From positions 32,001 through 96,000 of the forward strand of contig JAVJQW010000003.1 in assembly GCA_040218735.1 (NCBI GenBank): DNA of 64,000 bases, given 5' to 3'. The first letter of the stretch is position 1, and the number at the start of each line of letters is the position of its first letter. The notes under the pieces were generated by a model. The model searched no databases. It saw only the letters and a program-made list of their open reading frames with translations, and was not told where the DNA came from. A program made the translations under genes and the position numbers. This DNA comes from Deltaproteobacteria bacterium. Its GTDB lineage: Bacteria; Myxococcota; Kuafuiibacteriia; Kuafuiibacteriales; Kuafuiibacteriaceae. Positions 1-10,104 of this stretch are shown here, piece by piece.

Positions 1-261
1 GACTACGCGACCCAGGCCGGCGCGGAGCGCTCGGACCACTACGACGGCGGCGCCGTGGACCTGTGGGCGGTGGGGCTCCCCCGCACCGTCGAGCTGGTCG
101 CCCCGGACGGCGCGCGCGCGCGGTTCGACCTGGCGGACGCCGAGCAAACCCGCGATCTCAACCTCACCCCGGCGATGGTGGACTGGATCGAGGAGCACTT
201 TCGTTTCCGCAAGATTCGCACGGATTACCCACACTGGGGCGATGCAGATTTGAAGTCTTGA
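1..261 (+). CDS. 3' end of a hypothetical protein (truncated by window edge)
   Basis: Frame 1 is open from base 1 (DYATQAGAERSDHYDGGAVDLW...) to TGA at 259-261, with GC3-rich codons. Confidence 0.55.
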   Translation, partial: DYATQAGAERSDHYDGGAVDLWAVGLPRTVELVAPDGARARFDLADAEQTRDLNLTPAMVDWIEEHFRFRKIRTDYPHWGDADLKS

Positions 262-371
262 CGTCTTATCTGAAATAGCTCAGATCACTTCTGCAGATGC
301 GGACGCACCTCTTCACTCTGACGCTCCTCGCCCTCGTGGCTGCGGGCCTCGTCTGGTACCCGGTCTAAGGA

Positions 372-3300
372 TCAGCGCGCCGCGCGCACGGCGAGCCACC
401 CGGCGGCGGTGACGCCCCGACGCCCCTGGGCGCCGGACGCGACGACCGCGGGCGCCGAGAACGACCCCACCGCGATCGCCCGCGCCGTGTAATACGCGTG
501 CGCGACTTCCCGCTCGCTGAGATCCAGCTCGTAGATGACGCGGCTCGTCGTAGCCTCGCTCCGCGGGCGTGACGCGCCGAGCTCCAGCCAGCCCAACCCC
601 GTGAGGTTCGAGTCCTCGATCTCGAGCCCGGCCGGCATGCGGGCGTCGACGCGGACACGTCCGCAGTCGTCGGTCGCCGTGCAGCGCACCGTGACGCGTC
701 CGACGACCAGCTCTCCGTACGGCACCGGCCCGTCGATCGGCGCGCCCGCGATCGTCGACAGCGTGTGTTCGAGCGCCAACCCGTCGGCGCGCGGTTTGGG
801 ATCGCCGGTCGCCACGCCCCGGACCGAGAGACCGACGTAGGCCGTCCCGGCGCCGGTGACCTCGAAGGCGAGCGTTCGGTTCCGCCACGCGTCGAGGGGG
901 GCGTCGACGATCGCCGAGCGCTTGGTGTTGAAGCGCTTCTCCACCTCGCCGTCGATCAACAGCGACCCCCAGTACTGCGGATCGGGCGCGGCGCGGCGGC
1001 TGAACTTCCCGACCGCCGCGAGCGCCAGCGCGTTCTCTTCGCGGCTCGCCCAGTAACCGTTCGGCGCGCGCTTTCGGAGCGCCGCGAGGAACCCGTCGAC
1101 CTGCGGATGGAACGGGTAGACGTCGGCGAGGATCGCGAGGAGCAACGCCGAGCGTCCGCGCGCGATCGGGATCGGGTCGGCCAACATCCGACGGCCCCGC
1201 GTGAGCATCCCGGCCCGCATCAACGCACCGGCGAGCATCGCGCGGACGATCGGATCCACGGCGGCGTCCGCCTGGTCCCACGCGTCGGCGAGCTCGATGA
1301 GCCCTCGACGGTCGGGGCGATTCGCGAGCGCGAGGACGAAGTGCGCCACCGCCCGAGTCCGTGGCTCCACCTCGGCCGACGGGGAGGTCACGATCGCGTA
1401 GAGGCGCTGGTACGCACGCTCCGTCGCCGCGCGGTCCACGGCGCGAATGCGCGCCGCCTCGAACAGCGCGAGCCCGTAGAGGGTCGTCGCCCACTCGTCA
1501 CGCCCGCCGGTCGAAGCCGTGAGCCGCGCGAGCGCGTCGCGGAGGCGAACGTCGCCGTCCTCGATCAACCGATACGCAAACGTCAGCGCGAGCACCTCGT
1601 AGGTCGCGGACAACTTCGACTCGCGGCTCGGCGCGAGCACCGCATCGAGCGCAGCGCGGTGGGCCCACAATACCGTCGGCCCTACGGTGATCGACGCGTT
1701 TGCGCTGCCGCGCACGAACGACTTCGGCAGCGCGAGCGTCAGCGGCGACGCACGCGACACCTCCAACGACGCCCCGGTGATCGTGCTGGTCCGCGCCGGT
1801 GCCACGACGAAGCGCCGTTCGACGGAGGAAGACGAGGTCCCCGCCGTCCCGCGCAACGCGACGCGCGCATCACCCACCGCGTCGTCGACCTTCAACCGAA
1901 CGACGACGTTGTTCGACGAGTCCGCGGGGATCGACAGACGCTTCGTTCGCTCCGCGACAGCGAGGGGTCCACGAGTGTCGACGACGAGGTCCACCGCGAT
2001 CGAACGGTCCAACCCGTTTTCGATCTCGAGCGGCATCTCGAGCTCATCACCGGGGCGGAGGAGCTGGGGCGCGTGGGTGCGCAGACGCAGCGGGTCCTTC
2101 ACCGTGGTGTCCCGCGACGCCGCGCCGAACCGGTCGCGCGCGAACACCACCGCGGCGACGCGCGCCTCACCGTGCATCGAGGGGACGCGGAGCGGGATCT
2201 TCGCGGCGCCCTCCACGGTCACGATCTTCGACCAGGACGATCCGGCGTCGCTCCACTCCACCCGCGGACGGCGCTGCCGCGGTGGCTTCGACATGTGGGT
2301 CTGCACGCCGTCGTAGAGCGTCGAGAGATCGTGCGTGACGAGTGAGAGCGGCTGCAGCCCGACGAAGTGCTCCACCGGATCCGCCGGTGCATCGAAGCGC
2401 GGATCGGTTCGACGTTTGTCGACGATCCAAACCAGCGCGTGCGCGGTGACCGGTTTGCCGTCCTCGTCCTCGACCCGCAGCCCGACTTCGATGTCGCGCT
2501 GCGCGGTGAGGCGGGCCGGTACGTCGAGCGCGGTGCGGAGACGATGCCGCCGCGTGTTCACCACCAGCGGCGCCTGCGCGAACGCCGCGCGACGACCGCT
2601 CACGATGCGCGCGACCGCAAACGCGTTCGGCGCGAACGACGGAAGGATGGGCACCTCGACCCGCGACACGTTGGCGTCGAGCTCCACCTTCGTCCGCCAC
2701 AGCACACGGTCGCGCTCGATCGTGAGCTCGAGCTGCCCTTCGTAGGGCGCCCACACCAACAGCGACGCGGAGTCGCCGACCTGCACGTCCGCGCCCGGCG
2801 CGACGACCACCAGCTCGTCGCCCGGCGCGGGGACGTTGCTGCCCACGTCCGGAATCACCCAGAAGAGCGTCGATGTCGACGCGCCCTCCGTCGTCTCGAC
2901 GTCGACACGGTGACGACCGGGCTCTCGGGTCACGTACGGGATCGCGACCGGCTCGGCGCCGCTCGTGAGCTTCACCTCGACCGGCGCCGCGGAGCCGTCG
3001 AGCGAACGGATCGTGGCGACCACCGCGATCCCCGACACCGCTTCGCCGTCCGGACCGACGACGATCGCTTCGAGCGCCGCGTCCTTGCCGACCTCCGAAG
3101 GCCCAGCGTCGAGGCGCCGACGCACTCCCACGGCGTGCGGCGTAGGGCGGTGCACGACCGAAGCATCGTCCCGAACCACGCGGCCGCCGGGCTCGACCAC
3201 CGCCGCCTCCAGCGTGATGCGCACCGGCCCCGCCGCACCCGCGGAGCGCACCGCGGGACACCAGCGGCGGCCCTCTCCCGAAGTGTCGAGGCGCGTCTCG

Positions 3301-5438
3301 ACCTCCCGCTCGATGATCTCGAGTCGGCTCGCGCCCTCGTGGCGAAACGCAAACCCGGCGTGCCGCTCGAACGCGACCGGCTGCTCGACGTAACGGCAAC
3401 GCGTCCGCAGCACGAGCCCGCTCGCGGGCTTCTGGCCGAGGCGGTACCCGCCGCGCACCACGAACGCAGGCGCGCGCGGGCCCGTCGTGCCCTCGTCGAC
3501 GCGCACGTCGACCGCGAGGCGCGGGGGCTTCGACGCATCGACCCAGAACAGCGCGCGACCGACCGCCCACCCGTTGCCGTCGAGCGCGCGGACCTCGTAG
3601 CGACCGCGCGGCGCGCTCACCGGCAGCGCGATCGTGTGGACCGACGCACCATCGATCGTGCGCTCCACGCGCTCGACCTTCAAACGCTCCCCGAGCGGGT
3701 TCTTCACCTCGAGTGAGGGGGTCCAGGTCGCACTCTTCAGCGCGTCGTCACGGACGAGCATCCCGAGCCGCACCGTCTCCCCGGCGCGGAAGGTCGAACG
3801 GTCGAGGAAGAGGTGCGCGCGACCGCGGACGTCTTCACCGTCGTCGACCTCCGGGACGGCGCGGGTGGCGGGGAGCGGGAGATACGCGAAGCTGGTGCCG
3901 CGACGCGCGATGACCCACGCGGGCGGATCCTCGGCGCTCCAGTCGACACCGATCTGCGCCACCCCGTTCGGCTGCGTACGCGACGTGCCGAGGGTCCGGT
4001 TCGTCCGGCTCACGACCCGCACCTCCGCGGCGTAGACCGGGCGCAAGTTGGATTGCGAGAGCACCTCGGCGCGCACCGCAGACGCGCCCACCTTGGCGGT
4101 GAGCGTCAGGCCGTCGTCGAACACCCACGTGTTCGCGCGAACCCAGAGGCGCTCGGTGTCGACGACCTCCACGAGGTAGAGCCCCGCGCGGCGCCGGTGC
4201 GGGTCGACGTACGGGACGATGGTGCTGACGACCTCGTCGATGCGCCCCGCCGTCTCGAGGTCACTCCGATACACGACGGTGCCGAACGTCTCGGCGTCGG
4301 GGAGCGTCCCGCTCGCGAGGTGCGGGAGGAGGTGCGCGACGTTGTCGTCCCAGATCTTCGTCACGCGCACGTCGACGCGCGAGACGTTCACACTCCGTAG
4401 CTCGACGGGCCCGGTCTCACGCACCAGACGAAGCGCCGGCGCCAACGACGGCATCTTCACCGTGAACGTCGCGCGCTCCGCGAGCCTAAAACCGTCGGCG
4501 GAACGCACGCCGGCGTCGAGGCTCATCGTGTACGTCTGGCCCGACTTGAACGCGCCGCGGATCTCGAACGTGTGGTGCCACGACTCCACGTCCACCACGA
4601 CGGGCGGATTGATCGTCAGCACGTTGCGAATCGCGGGTGCGTCCACGGCTCGATTCAAGCGAACGCGCACCCCCAGTCGTTCGTTGGTCTGGAACGCATC
4701 GGCGCCCACCACCTTCAGCACCGGCTCCGGCACCAGCGCCACGGGGCGCACGATCGTCTTCTCCAGGGGCCTCCCACCGGTCACCGCCCGCAGCGACGCA
4801 TCGACGCGGACGTCGGCGGAGACATTCTCGAACGGCTGACGCATCGGCCCGATCAGAAACGTCATCAACCTCCCGACGCCGGCCGTCAGGATCCGCGACC
4901 TGATGGTCCGCCCGTCGTGGTGCGAGAAGGACACCGCCGCGCTCGCCTCCGCGGGGCGCACCGGGTGGGTGAACTCCAGGACGACGCGCGCCGTCTGCGC
5001 CTCCGCGCGCGGGCGCACTTCGATCGAAGCGAGCGTGAACATGCGCGTCGGGAACTCGAACACCCCCGAACCCGCGAGCACCCGCCCCTCGCCGACCACG
5101 CCGGGCCGGAGCGTCACGCGGTACCGCGCCCCGTCCGCGAACGACTCCTCCGGAATGAACCGCAAGGTGTCTTGCGCGGTCCAGCGAGCGCGCCCGGCGA
5201 TCGCCGGGGAGATCACGAGCAGGTTCTCGGCGGGGACGTCGATCCCCACTTCGCTCGGTCCCACGAGCTGTGTCGAGAACGTGACGTCGATCGGCCGCGT
5301 CACCAACGCCGCGCTCTGCGGCTCGAAGCGCGTGACACGCACACGCTCCGGCTCGACCTCGCGGAGCGGATCTTCTTCCTTCTCACCGCACGCCAACAGC
5401 GCCGCGGCGAGCACTAGGTAAGTCGCGAGGCGATTCAT
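372..5438 (-). CDS. Bacterial alpha-2-macroglobulin-like lipoprotein (Ig-like N-terminus, MG domains); thioester motif not seen
   Basis: Start MNRLATYLVLAAALLA-C (lipobox) at 5438 overlaps the argF stop (ATGA). MG2-type motif LFLDRSTFRAGETVRLG, A2M motif APQLLRPGDELEM, C-terminal YGELVVGRV...MPAGLEIE...YYTARAIAVGSF. Confidence 0.85.
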   Translation of the reverse strand: MNRLATYLVLAAALLACGEKEEDPLREVEPERVRVTRFEPQSAALVTRPIDVTFSTQLVGPSEVGIDVPAENLLVISPAIAGRARWTAQDTLRFIPEESFADGARYRVTLRPGVVGEGRVLAGSGVFEFPTRMFTLASIEVRPRAEAQTARVVLEFTHPVRPAEASAAVSFSHHDGRTIRSRILTAGVGRLMTFLIGPMRQPFENVSADVRVDASLRAVTGGRPLEKTIVRPVALVPEPVLKVVGADAFQTNERLGVRVRLNRAVDAPAIRNVLTINPPVVVDVESWHHTFEIRGAFKSGQTYTMSLDAGVRSADGFRLAERATFTVKMPSLAPALRLVRETGPVELRSVNVSRVDVRVTKIWDDNVAHLLPHLASGTLPDAETFGTVVYRSDLETAGRIDEVVSTIVPYVDPHRRRAGLYLVEVVDTERLWVRANTWVFDDGLTLTAKVGASAVRAEVLSQSNLRPVYAAEVRVVSRTNRTLGTSRTQPNGVAQIGVDWSAEDPPAWVIARRGTSFAYLPLPATRAVPEVDDGEDVRGRAHLFLDRSTFRAGETVRLGMLVRDDALKSATWTPSLEVKNPLGERLKVERVERTIDGASVHTIALPVSAPRGRYEVRALDGNGWAVGRALFWVDASKPPRLAVDVRVDEGTTGPRAPAFVVRGGYRLGQKPASGLVLRTRCRYVEQPVAFERHAGFAFRHEGASRLEIIEREVETRLDTSGEGRRWCPAVRSAGAAGPVRITLEAAVVEPGGRVVRDDASVVHRPTPHAVGVRRRLDAGPSEVGKDAALEAIVVGPDGEAVSGIAVVATIRSLDGSAAPVEVKLTSGAEPVAIPYVTREPGRHRVDVETTEGASTSTLFWVIPDVGSNVPAPGDELVVVAPGADVQVGDSASLLVWAPYEGQLELTIERDRVLWRTKVELDANVSRVEVPILPSFAPNAFAVARIVSGRRAAFAQAPLVVNTRRHRLRTALDVPARLTAQRDIEVGLRVEDEDGKPVTAHALVWIVDKRRTDPRFDAPADPVEHFVGLQPLSLVTHDLSTLYDGVQTHMSKPPRQRRPRVEWSDAGSSWSKIVTVEGAAKIPLRVPSMHGEARVAAVVFARDRFGAASRDTTVKDPLRLRTHAPQLLRPGDELEMPLEIENGLDRSIAVDLVVDTRGPLAVAERTKRLSIPADSSNNVVVRLKVDDAVGDARVALRGTAGTSSSSVERRFVVAPARTSTITGASLEVSRASPLTLALPKSFVRGSANASITVGPTVLWAHRAALDAVLAPSRESKLSATYEVLALTFAYRLIEDGDVRLRDALARLTASTGGRDEWATTLYGLALFEAARIRAVDRAATERAYQRLYAIVTSPSAEVEPRTRAVAHFVLALANRPDRRGLIELADAWDQADAAVDPIVRAMLAGALMRAGMLTRGRRMLADPIPIARGRSALLLAILADVYPFHPQVDGFLAALRKRAPNGYWASREENALALAAVGKFSRRAAPDPQYWGSLLIDGEVEKRFNTKRSAIVDAPLDAWRNRTLAFEVTGAGTAYVGLSVRGVATGDPKPRADGLALEHTLSTIAGAPIDGPVPYGELVVGRVTVRCTATDDCGRVRVDARMPAGLEIEDSNLTGLGWLELGASRPRSEATTSRVIYELDLSEREVAHAYYTARAIAVGSFSAPAVVASGAQGRRGVTAAGWLAVRAAR

Positions 5439-6340
5439 CCGAGCAGGCGACAGAGAAGGGCCTTCTGAACGTGCAGGCGGTTCTCCGCCTGCTGCCAGAT
5501 CGCCGAGTGCTTTCCGTACATGAGGTCGCGATCGATCTCCTCGCCGCGGACCGCGGGGAGACAGTGCATCACGATGGCGTGGGAGGCGGCCTCGTCGAGG
5601 AGACCCGCGGTGATCTTGTACGCCGCGAAGATCTTCCGGCGCTCCACCGCCTCCTCCTCCTGGCCCATCGAGATCCAAGTGTCGGTGTAGAGCACGTCCG
5701 CGTCCTTGGCTGCGCCGAGCGCGTCGTCGGTCTGCGTGAGCGAGCCCGCGAGCCCCTTGGCCTCCGCGAGGCGCTCCGCGGGCAGCCCGTAACCCTCGGG
5801 CGAAGCGATGACCACCTCCGCGCCGAGGCTCGCGGCGAGCAGGCCCGTCGAAGTCGCGACGTTGTTTCCCTCGCCGACGAACACCACCTTCACCCCTTCG
5901 ATGCGCCCGGTGCGTTCGAGGATCGTGAGCACGTCCGCCAACGCCTGACACGGGTGGCGGTCGTCGGAGAGCGCGTTGACGACCGGTATCCCCGCGTAAC
6001 GCGACATCGCGTGCAGCGCCGACTGGTCGAAGACCCGCGCGACGAGCGCGTGGACGTAGCGCCCGATCACCGACGCGAAGTCTTCGACGTGCTCGCCCTT
6101 GCCGAGCTTGGTGTTCGTCGCGGACAGCTCCACGACCTGGCCGCCGAGCTCCTGTACGCCGACGGTGAACGACACGCGCGTCCGCACCGAAGGTTTCTCG
6201 AAGTAGAGCGCGATGTGTTTGCCGCGGAGTGTGTCGCGGAACGCGTGCCCGCGCTCGAGTTTGAGCGTGCGCGCGAGCTCCAACACTTCACGCGTCTCGG
6301 ACGGCTCGAAGTCGAGCTCGCTGAGGTAGTGCTGCACCAT
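5435..6340 (-). CDS. argF: Ornithine carbamoyltransferase
   Basis: FEKPSVRTRVSF carbamoyl-phosphate motif, NALSDDRHPCQALAD, YTDTWISMG, MHCLPAVRGEE, QAENRLH; lies in the arg cluster. Confidence 0.95.
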   Translation of the reverse strand: MVQHYLSELDFEPSETREVLELARTLKLERGHAFRDTLRGKHIALYFEKPSVRTRVSFTVGVQELGGQVVELSATNTKLGKGEHVEDFASVIGRYVHALVARVFDQSALHAMSRYAGIPVVNALSDDRHPCQALADVLTILERTGRIEGVKVVFVGEGNNVATSTGLLAASLGAEVVIASPEGYGLPAERLAEAKGLAGSLTQTDDALGAAKDADVLYTDTWISMGQEEEAVERRKIFAAYKITAGLLDEAASHAIVMHCLPAVRGEEIDRDLMYGKHSAIWQQAENRLHVQKALLCRLLG

Positions 6341-6342
6341 GA

Positions 6343-8430
6343 TTAGGCCCTCCGGATCAGCGTCCCGACACCGCGGTCCGTGAACAGCTCGGCGATCAGG
6401 TTGTGCTGAACGCGCCCGTCGACGAGGTGGACGGACGAGCACCCGGCCGCGAGCGCGCGTAGCGCCGACGCGAGCTTCGGCTTCATGCCGCCCGTGACCG
6501 TTCCGTCTTCGAGCTTCAGCTTGAGCTGATCACTCGTCAGCTCGGACACGACGTCCTCCCCCTCCAGGAGGCCGGGGACGTCGGAAAGGAAGATGAGTTT
6601 TTCGGCCTTCAGCGCCGCCGCGAGCTCCGACGCGACGACGTCGGCGTTGACGTTGTACGCGCCGCCGCCCTCGCCGAGCCCAATCGGCGAAACGACCGGC
6701 ACGTAGCCGTCCTTCTCGAGCATGTCGAGGAGCCGCGGATCGATCCGCTCCACCTCGCCCACGAGCCCGAGGTCCGGCTCGGACACCCGCTTCCGCGCGC
6801 GGATCAACCCGCCGTCCTTGCCGGACAACCCGACCGCGCGGGAGCCGGTGCGGTTGAGGGTCGCGACCAGACGCTGGTTCACCTGCCCGGTGAGGACCAT
6901 CTCGACGATGCGCATCGACGCTTCGTCGGTCACGCGGAGGCCGTCGATGAACTCCGGCTCGTGCCCGAGTTTTTTCATCGTGCGCGAGATCTCGGGCCCG
7001 CCGCCGTGCACGACGATCGGGAGGAGCCCGACCGAGCGGAGCAACAACACGTTCTCCGCGAACTGCTCCTCGAGCGCCGGATCGATCATCGCCGCGCCGC
7101 CGAGTTTGATGACCGCGCGGATGCCGCGGAACTTGTCGATGTACCGCAGCGCCTCGACGAGGAGCCGGCGCTTGAACACCGGGCCGAGGTTCTCCAGCCG
7201 ATCGTCGACGCCGACGCGACCGTCCGCCGAGGTCTGCGTCACCGCCGCGTAGTCGGCGTTGATCTTCACGTAGTCGTACGTGAGGTCACAGCCCCAGGCC
7301 TGCGCGGACGCGTCGCCGCCACCGAGGTCCATCTCCACCGTGACGACCGACTCCTGAAGGCGGTGCCGAAACGAAGCCCCCGGTCGCTGATGCACACCGT
7401 TGGCGAAGGTCTCCTCGCTCTGCAGCCGAAGCGTGAGTCGCTCCAGATCCAGATCGATCTTCCGCCGCGCGGCGCACGCGCCCGCCGCTGCGACGAGGCG
7501 ACCGCCCGCGTTCGGGTCGCCGCCGAACACCGCGGCCTTCACCAACGTGGACCCCGCGAGGGCCCGCGCCACGGCGCGCGCATCTTCGACGTTCGGCGCG
7601 CCGGTCACCGTGACGTCGATGCGCCGCGTGGCGCCCTCCCCGTCCGAGGCGATCGCGCGCGACAAACACTCGAAGATGTCGCGCACGGCGTCGACGAACA
7701 CCTCGTAGCGTTCGCCGTCTTCGATCTTCGCGTTGTTCGCCGCGCCGTTCGCGAGCGCGACCACCGCGTCGTTCGTCGACATCTCGCCGTCGACCGTGAG
7801 CTGGTTGAACGTGTCCGGGATGGCGTCGTCCAGCGCGCGCTGGAGCGCGCCGCGCGAGATCGCCGCGTCCGTGGTGACGAAACACAGCATCGTCGCGAGC
7901 GACGGCGCGATCATTCCGGAGCCCTTCGCCACCGCGTGCACCGTGACCTGCGTGCCGTCGATGAAGATCTTCCGCGACTCCACCTTCCGCGTGCGGTCGG
8001 TGGTGTGGATCGCGTCCGCGAAGTCGTCGGGGTCCGAGGACAGCTCCGTGAGCGTCTTTGCGATCCCCGGCTCCATCCGATCCAGAGGGAGCCGGTAGCC
8101 GACGATCCCCGTGCACGCCGTGAGGACGCGCTCGGGACCCACGCCGATCTCGTCCGCGACGATCTGCGCGAGGCGCTCGTCGTCGGCGCGCCCCTCCGCG
8201 CCAGTGAGCGCGTTGGCGTTCCCGCTCACCGCGACGATCGCGCGGACCTCTTCCCCGGCCGCCCGCAGCCGATCGATACGCGCGACGCAGTGCGCTCTGC
8301 TCTTGTTCTCGGTGACCCGCGCCGCCCACACGGCGGGGCTCCGCGACAGGAGCACCCCGGCGTCACGCTTGCTGTTCTTGATGCCGACGTTGCGCCCCGC
8401 AGCGACGAACCCCTTCGGAAAATCGCTCAT
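6343..8430 (-). CDS. argJ: Fused ornithine acetyltransferase (ArgJ) / acetylglutamate kinase (ArgB)
   Basis: ArgJ motifs SGNANALTG, KGSGMIAPSLATML, DGEMSTND, DGEGATR, WGCDLTYDYVKINADY are followed in frame by ArgB motifs VIKLGGAAM, VVHGGGPEI, GLRVTD, YNVNAD, GGMKPK. Confidence 0.92.
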   Translation of the reverse strand: MSDFPKGFVAAGRNVGIKNSKRDAGVLLSRSPAVWAARVTENKSRAHCVARIDRLRAAGEEVRAIVAVSGNANALTGAEGRADDERLAQIVADEIGVGPERVLTACTGIVGYRLPLDRMEPGIAKTLTELSSDPDDFADAIHTTDRTRKVESRKIFIDGTQVTVHAVAKGSGMIAPSLATMLCFVTTDAAISRGALQRALDDAIPDTFNQLTVDGEMSTNDAVVALANGAANNAKIEDGERYEVFVDAVRDIFECLSRAIASDGEGATRRIDVTVTGAPNVEDARAVARALAGSTLVKAAVFGGDPNAGGRLVAAAGACAARRKIDLDLERLTLRLQSEETFANGVHQRPGASFRHRLQESVVTVEMDLGGGDASAQAWGCDLTYDYVKINADYAAVTQTSADGRVGVDDRLENLGPVFKRRLLVEALRYIDKFRGIRAVIKLGGAAMIDPALEEQFAENVLLLRSVGLLPIVVHGGGPEISRTMKKLGHEPEFIDGLRVTDEASMRIVEMVLTGQVNQRLVATLNRTGSRAVGLSGKDGGLIRARKRVSEPDLGLVGEVERIDPRLLDMLEKDGYVPVVSPIGLGEGGGAYNVNADVVASELAAALKAEKLIFLSDVPGLLEGEDVVSELTSDQLKLKLEDGTVTGGMKPKLASALRALAAGCSSVHLVDGRVQHNLIAELFTDRGVGTLIRRA

Positions 8431-9419
8431 CGCGCCTCCAGCAGCGCTTCGACGTTCTGAATCGCCTGCCCCGCCGCGCCCTTCACGAGGTTGTCGATCG
8501 CCGCGAACGCGAGGATGTGATCGATCCTCGGATCCACGCGCGCGTGAACCTCGACGTGGTTGGTGAACTGCACGTGCCCGGTCTCGGGCGGCGTTCTACT
8601 GAAACGAACGAAACCGTTGGGGTCGTACGTGGAGCGGTACGCCTCCTCGAGCTTCGCGTCCGTGACCCCCTCGGCCGCCGGCAGGTACGCCGACACCAGG
8701 ATGCCCCGTCGCATCGGCACGAGGTGCGCGACGAACCCGACCCGCACGTCCTTCCCCGAGAGCGTCGTGAGGGCCCGCTCGATCTCCGGCGTGTGCTGGT
8801 GCTTCGTCAGGCGATACGGCCGCAGGTTCTCGCCGACCTCGGAGAACAGCAGCGCTTCGCTCGCCTTCTTCCCAGCGCCGGTCGTCCCGCTCTTCCCGTC
8901 GATCACGATGGGACCGGACGCCGCGAGCCCGTTCGTCAGCAGCGGCGCCACCGCGAGGATCGCCGCCGTGGCGTAACACCCGGGGTTCGCGACCAGGCGC
9001 GCCCCGGCGGGGATCGGGAGCAGCTCCGGCAGCCCGTAGGCGGCCTCCTCGACCAGCTCGGGGCAAGGGTGCTCGAAGCCGTACCACTGGGCGAACGACG
9101 CCAGGTCCGTCAGTCGGAACGCACCCGAAAGGTCCACGACCCGGGCGCCACGCTCCAGGAGCCGGGGCGCGAGCTCGGCGCTGGTCTCCGCCGGCGTCGC
9201 CAGACACACGATGGCTTCGTCGGTGACCGCCTCCATCACGGCGTCGTGCCGGGAGAAGGACAGCGCCGGGTCGGCCTCGGGGACCAGGTCGGACACCGGG
9301 GTCCCGGCCGCACGGTCGGAGCTGGCGTGGGTGACCTTCAGGCGCGGGTGGCCGGCCAGGCGGCGGACCAACTCGAGGCCGGAATAACCTCCGGCGCCGA
9401 AGATGACGACGGGCTGCAC
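8427..9419 (-). CDS. argC: N-acetyl-gamma-glutamyl-phosphate reductase
   Basis: GAGGYSGLEL Rossmann motif, VVDLSGAFRL, ANPGCYAT catalytic Cys, HQHTPEI, IDNLVKGAAGQAIQN. Confidence 0.95.
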   Translation of the reverse strand: MQPVVIFGAGGYSGLELVRRLAGHPRLKVTHASSDRAAGTPVSDLVPEADPALSFSRHDAVMEAVTDEAIVCLATPAETSAELAPRLLERGARVVDLSGAFRLTDLASFAQWYGFEHPCPELVEEAAYGLPELLPIPAGARLVANPGCYATAAILAVAPLLTNGLAASGPIVIDGKSGTTGAGKKASEALLFSEVGENLRPYRLTKHQHTPEIERALTTLSGKDVRVGFVAHLVPMRRGILVSAYLPAAEGVTDAKLEEAYRSTYDPNGFVRFSRTPPETGHVQFTNHVEVHARVDPRIDHILAFAAIDNLVKGAAGQAIQNVEALLEAR

Positions 9420-9429
9420 GCGCGAACGT

Positions 9430-10056
9430 CTAACCCGTCGGGGTGGATGCGTCGAGATCGGCGAGCATCAAGTCCACGAGCCAGTGCATGTGCGCGCGGC
9501 GCTCCTCGAAGCTCTCCGGCGCGAGCGGGTCGTCGCCCCACGCGCTCGCGAGCGCCGGCGCGTACACCATGTAGTTCAGGACCGCGCCCGCGATCGTCAC
9601 GAAGATCTGCCGCGTCGACTTCGGGCCCGTCGTCGGCGCGATCGCGGCGAGTGAGGTCTTCGTCCACTCGAACAGGGTACCGATACCGCGACTCACCAAC
9701 GGCACCTCACCTGGACTCGAGAGCAGCAGCCCCTGAACGAGCCGCGGGTAGCGATCGTTGGCGATGATGAAGTCGAGGTACCCGTCGACGAGGTGGTGCA
9801 GCCGCGCCTCGATCGTCCCCTCGACGGCGAAGGCGTCCTCGAGCGCGCGGCGGTGCGCGTCGTAGTAACGCGTCATCACCCGCTCGAAGAGCTTCTCCTT
9901 CGTGCTGAAGTAGTAGAAGACCGAGGCCTTGTTCACACCCGCGGCCCGCGCGACGTCACGGACGCTCACGCCGTCGTAACCCTGCTGCGCAAAAAGGGCG
10001 TCCGCCGCCTCTAGGATACGTTGCGCCGGGTCGGCGTCATCCCTCGGTCCCTCCAT
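9430..10056 (-). CDS. TetR/AcrR family transcriptional regulator
   Basis: RILEAADALFAQQGYDGVSVRDVARAAGVNKASVFYYFSTKEKLF helix-turn-helix. Confidence 0.92.
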   Translation of the reverse strand: MEGPRDDADPAQRILEAADALFAQQGYDGVSVRDVARAAGVNKASVFYYFSTKEKLFERVMTRYYDAHRRALEDAFAVEGTIEARLHHLVDGYLDFIIANDRYPRLVQGLLLSSPGEVPLVSRGIGTLFEWTKTSLAAIAPTTGPKSTRQIFVTIAGAVLNYMVYAPALASAWGDDPLAPESFEERRAHMHWLVDLMLADLDASTPTG

Positions 10057-10104
10057 CGTCCCGGCGCCACCCTAACCATGGTCCGGCCGCGTCACCAAGG
10101 GTAT

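Noticed and set aside
5439-5951. N-terminal extension of the 1859-aa ORF
   Set aside because: It overlaps argF in another frame; the real start with a lipobox is at 5438.
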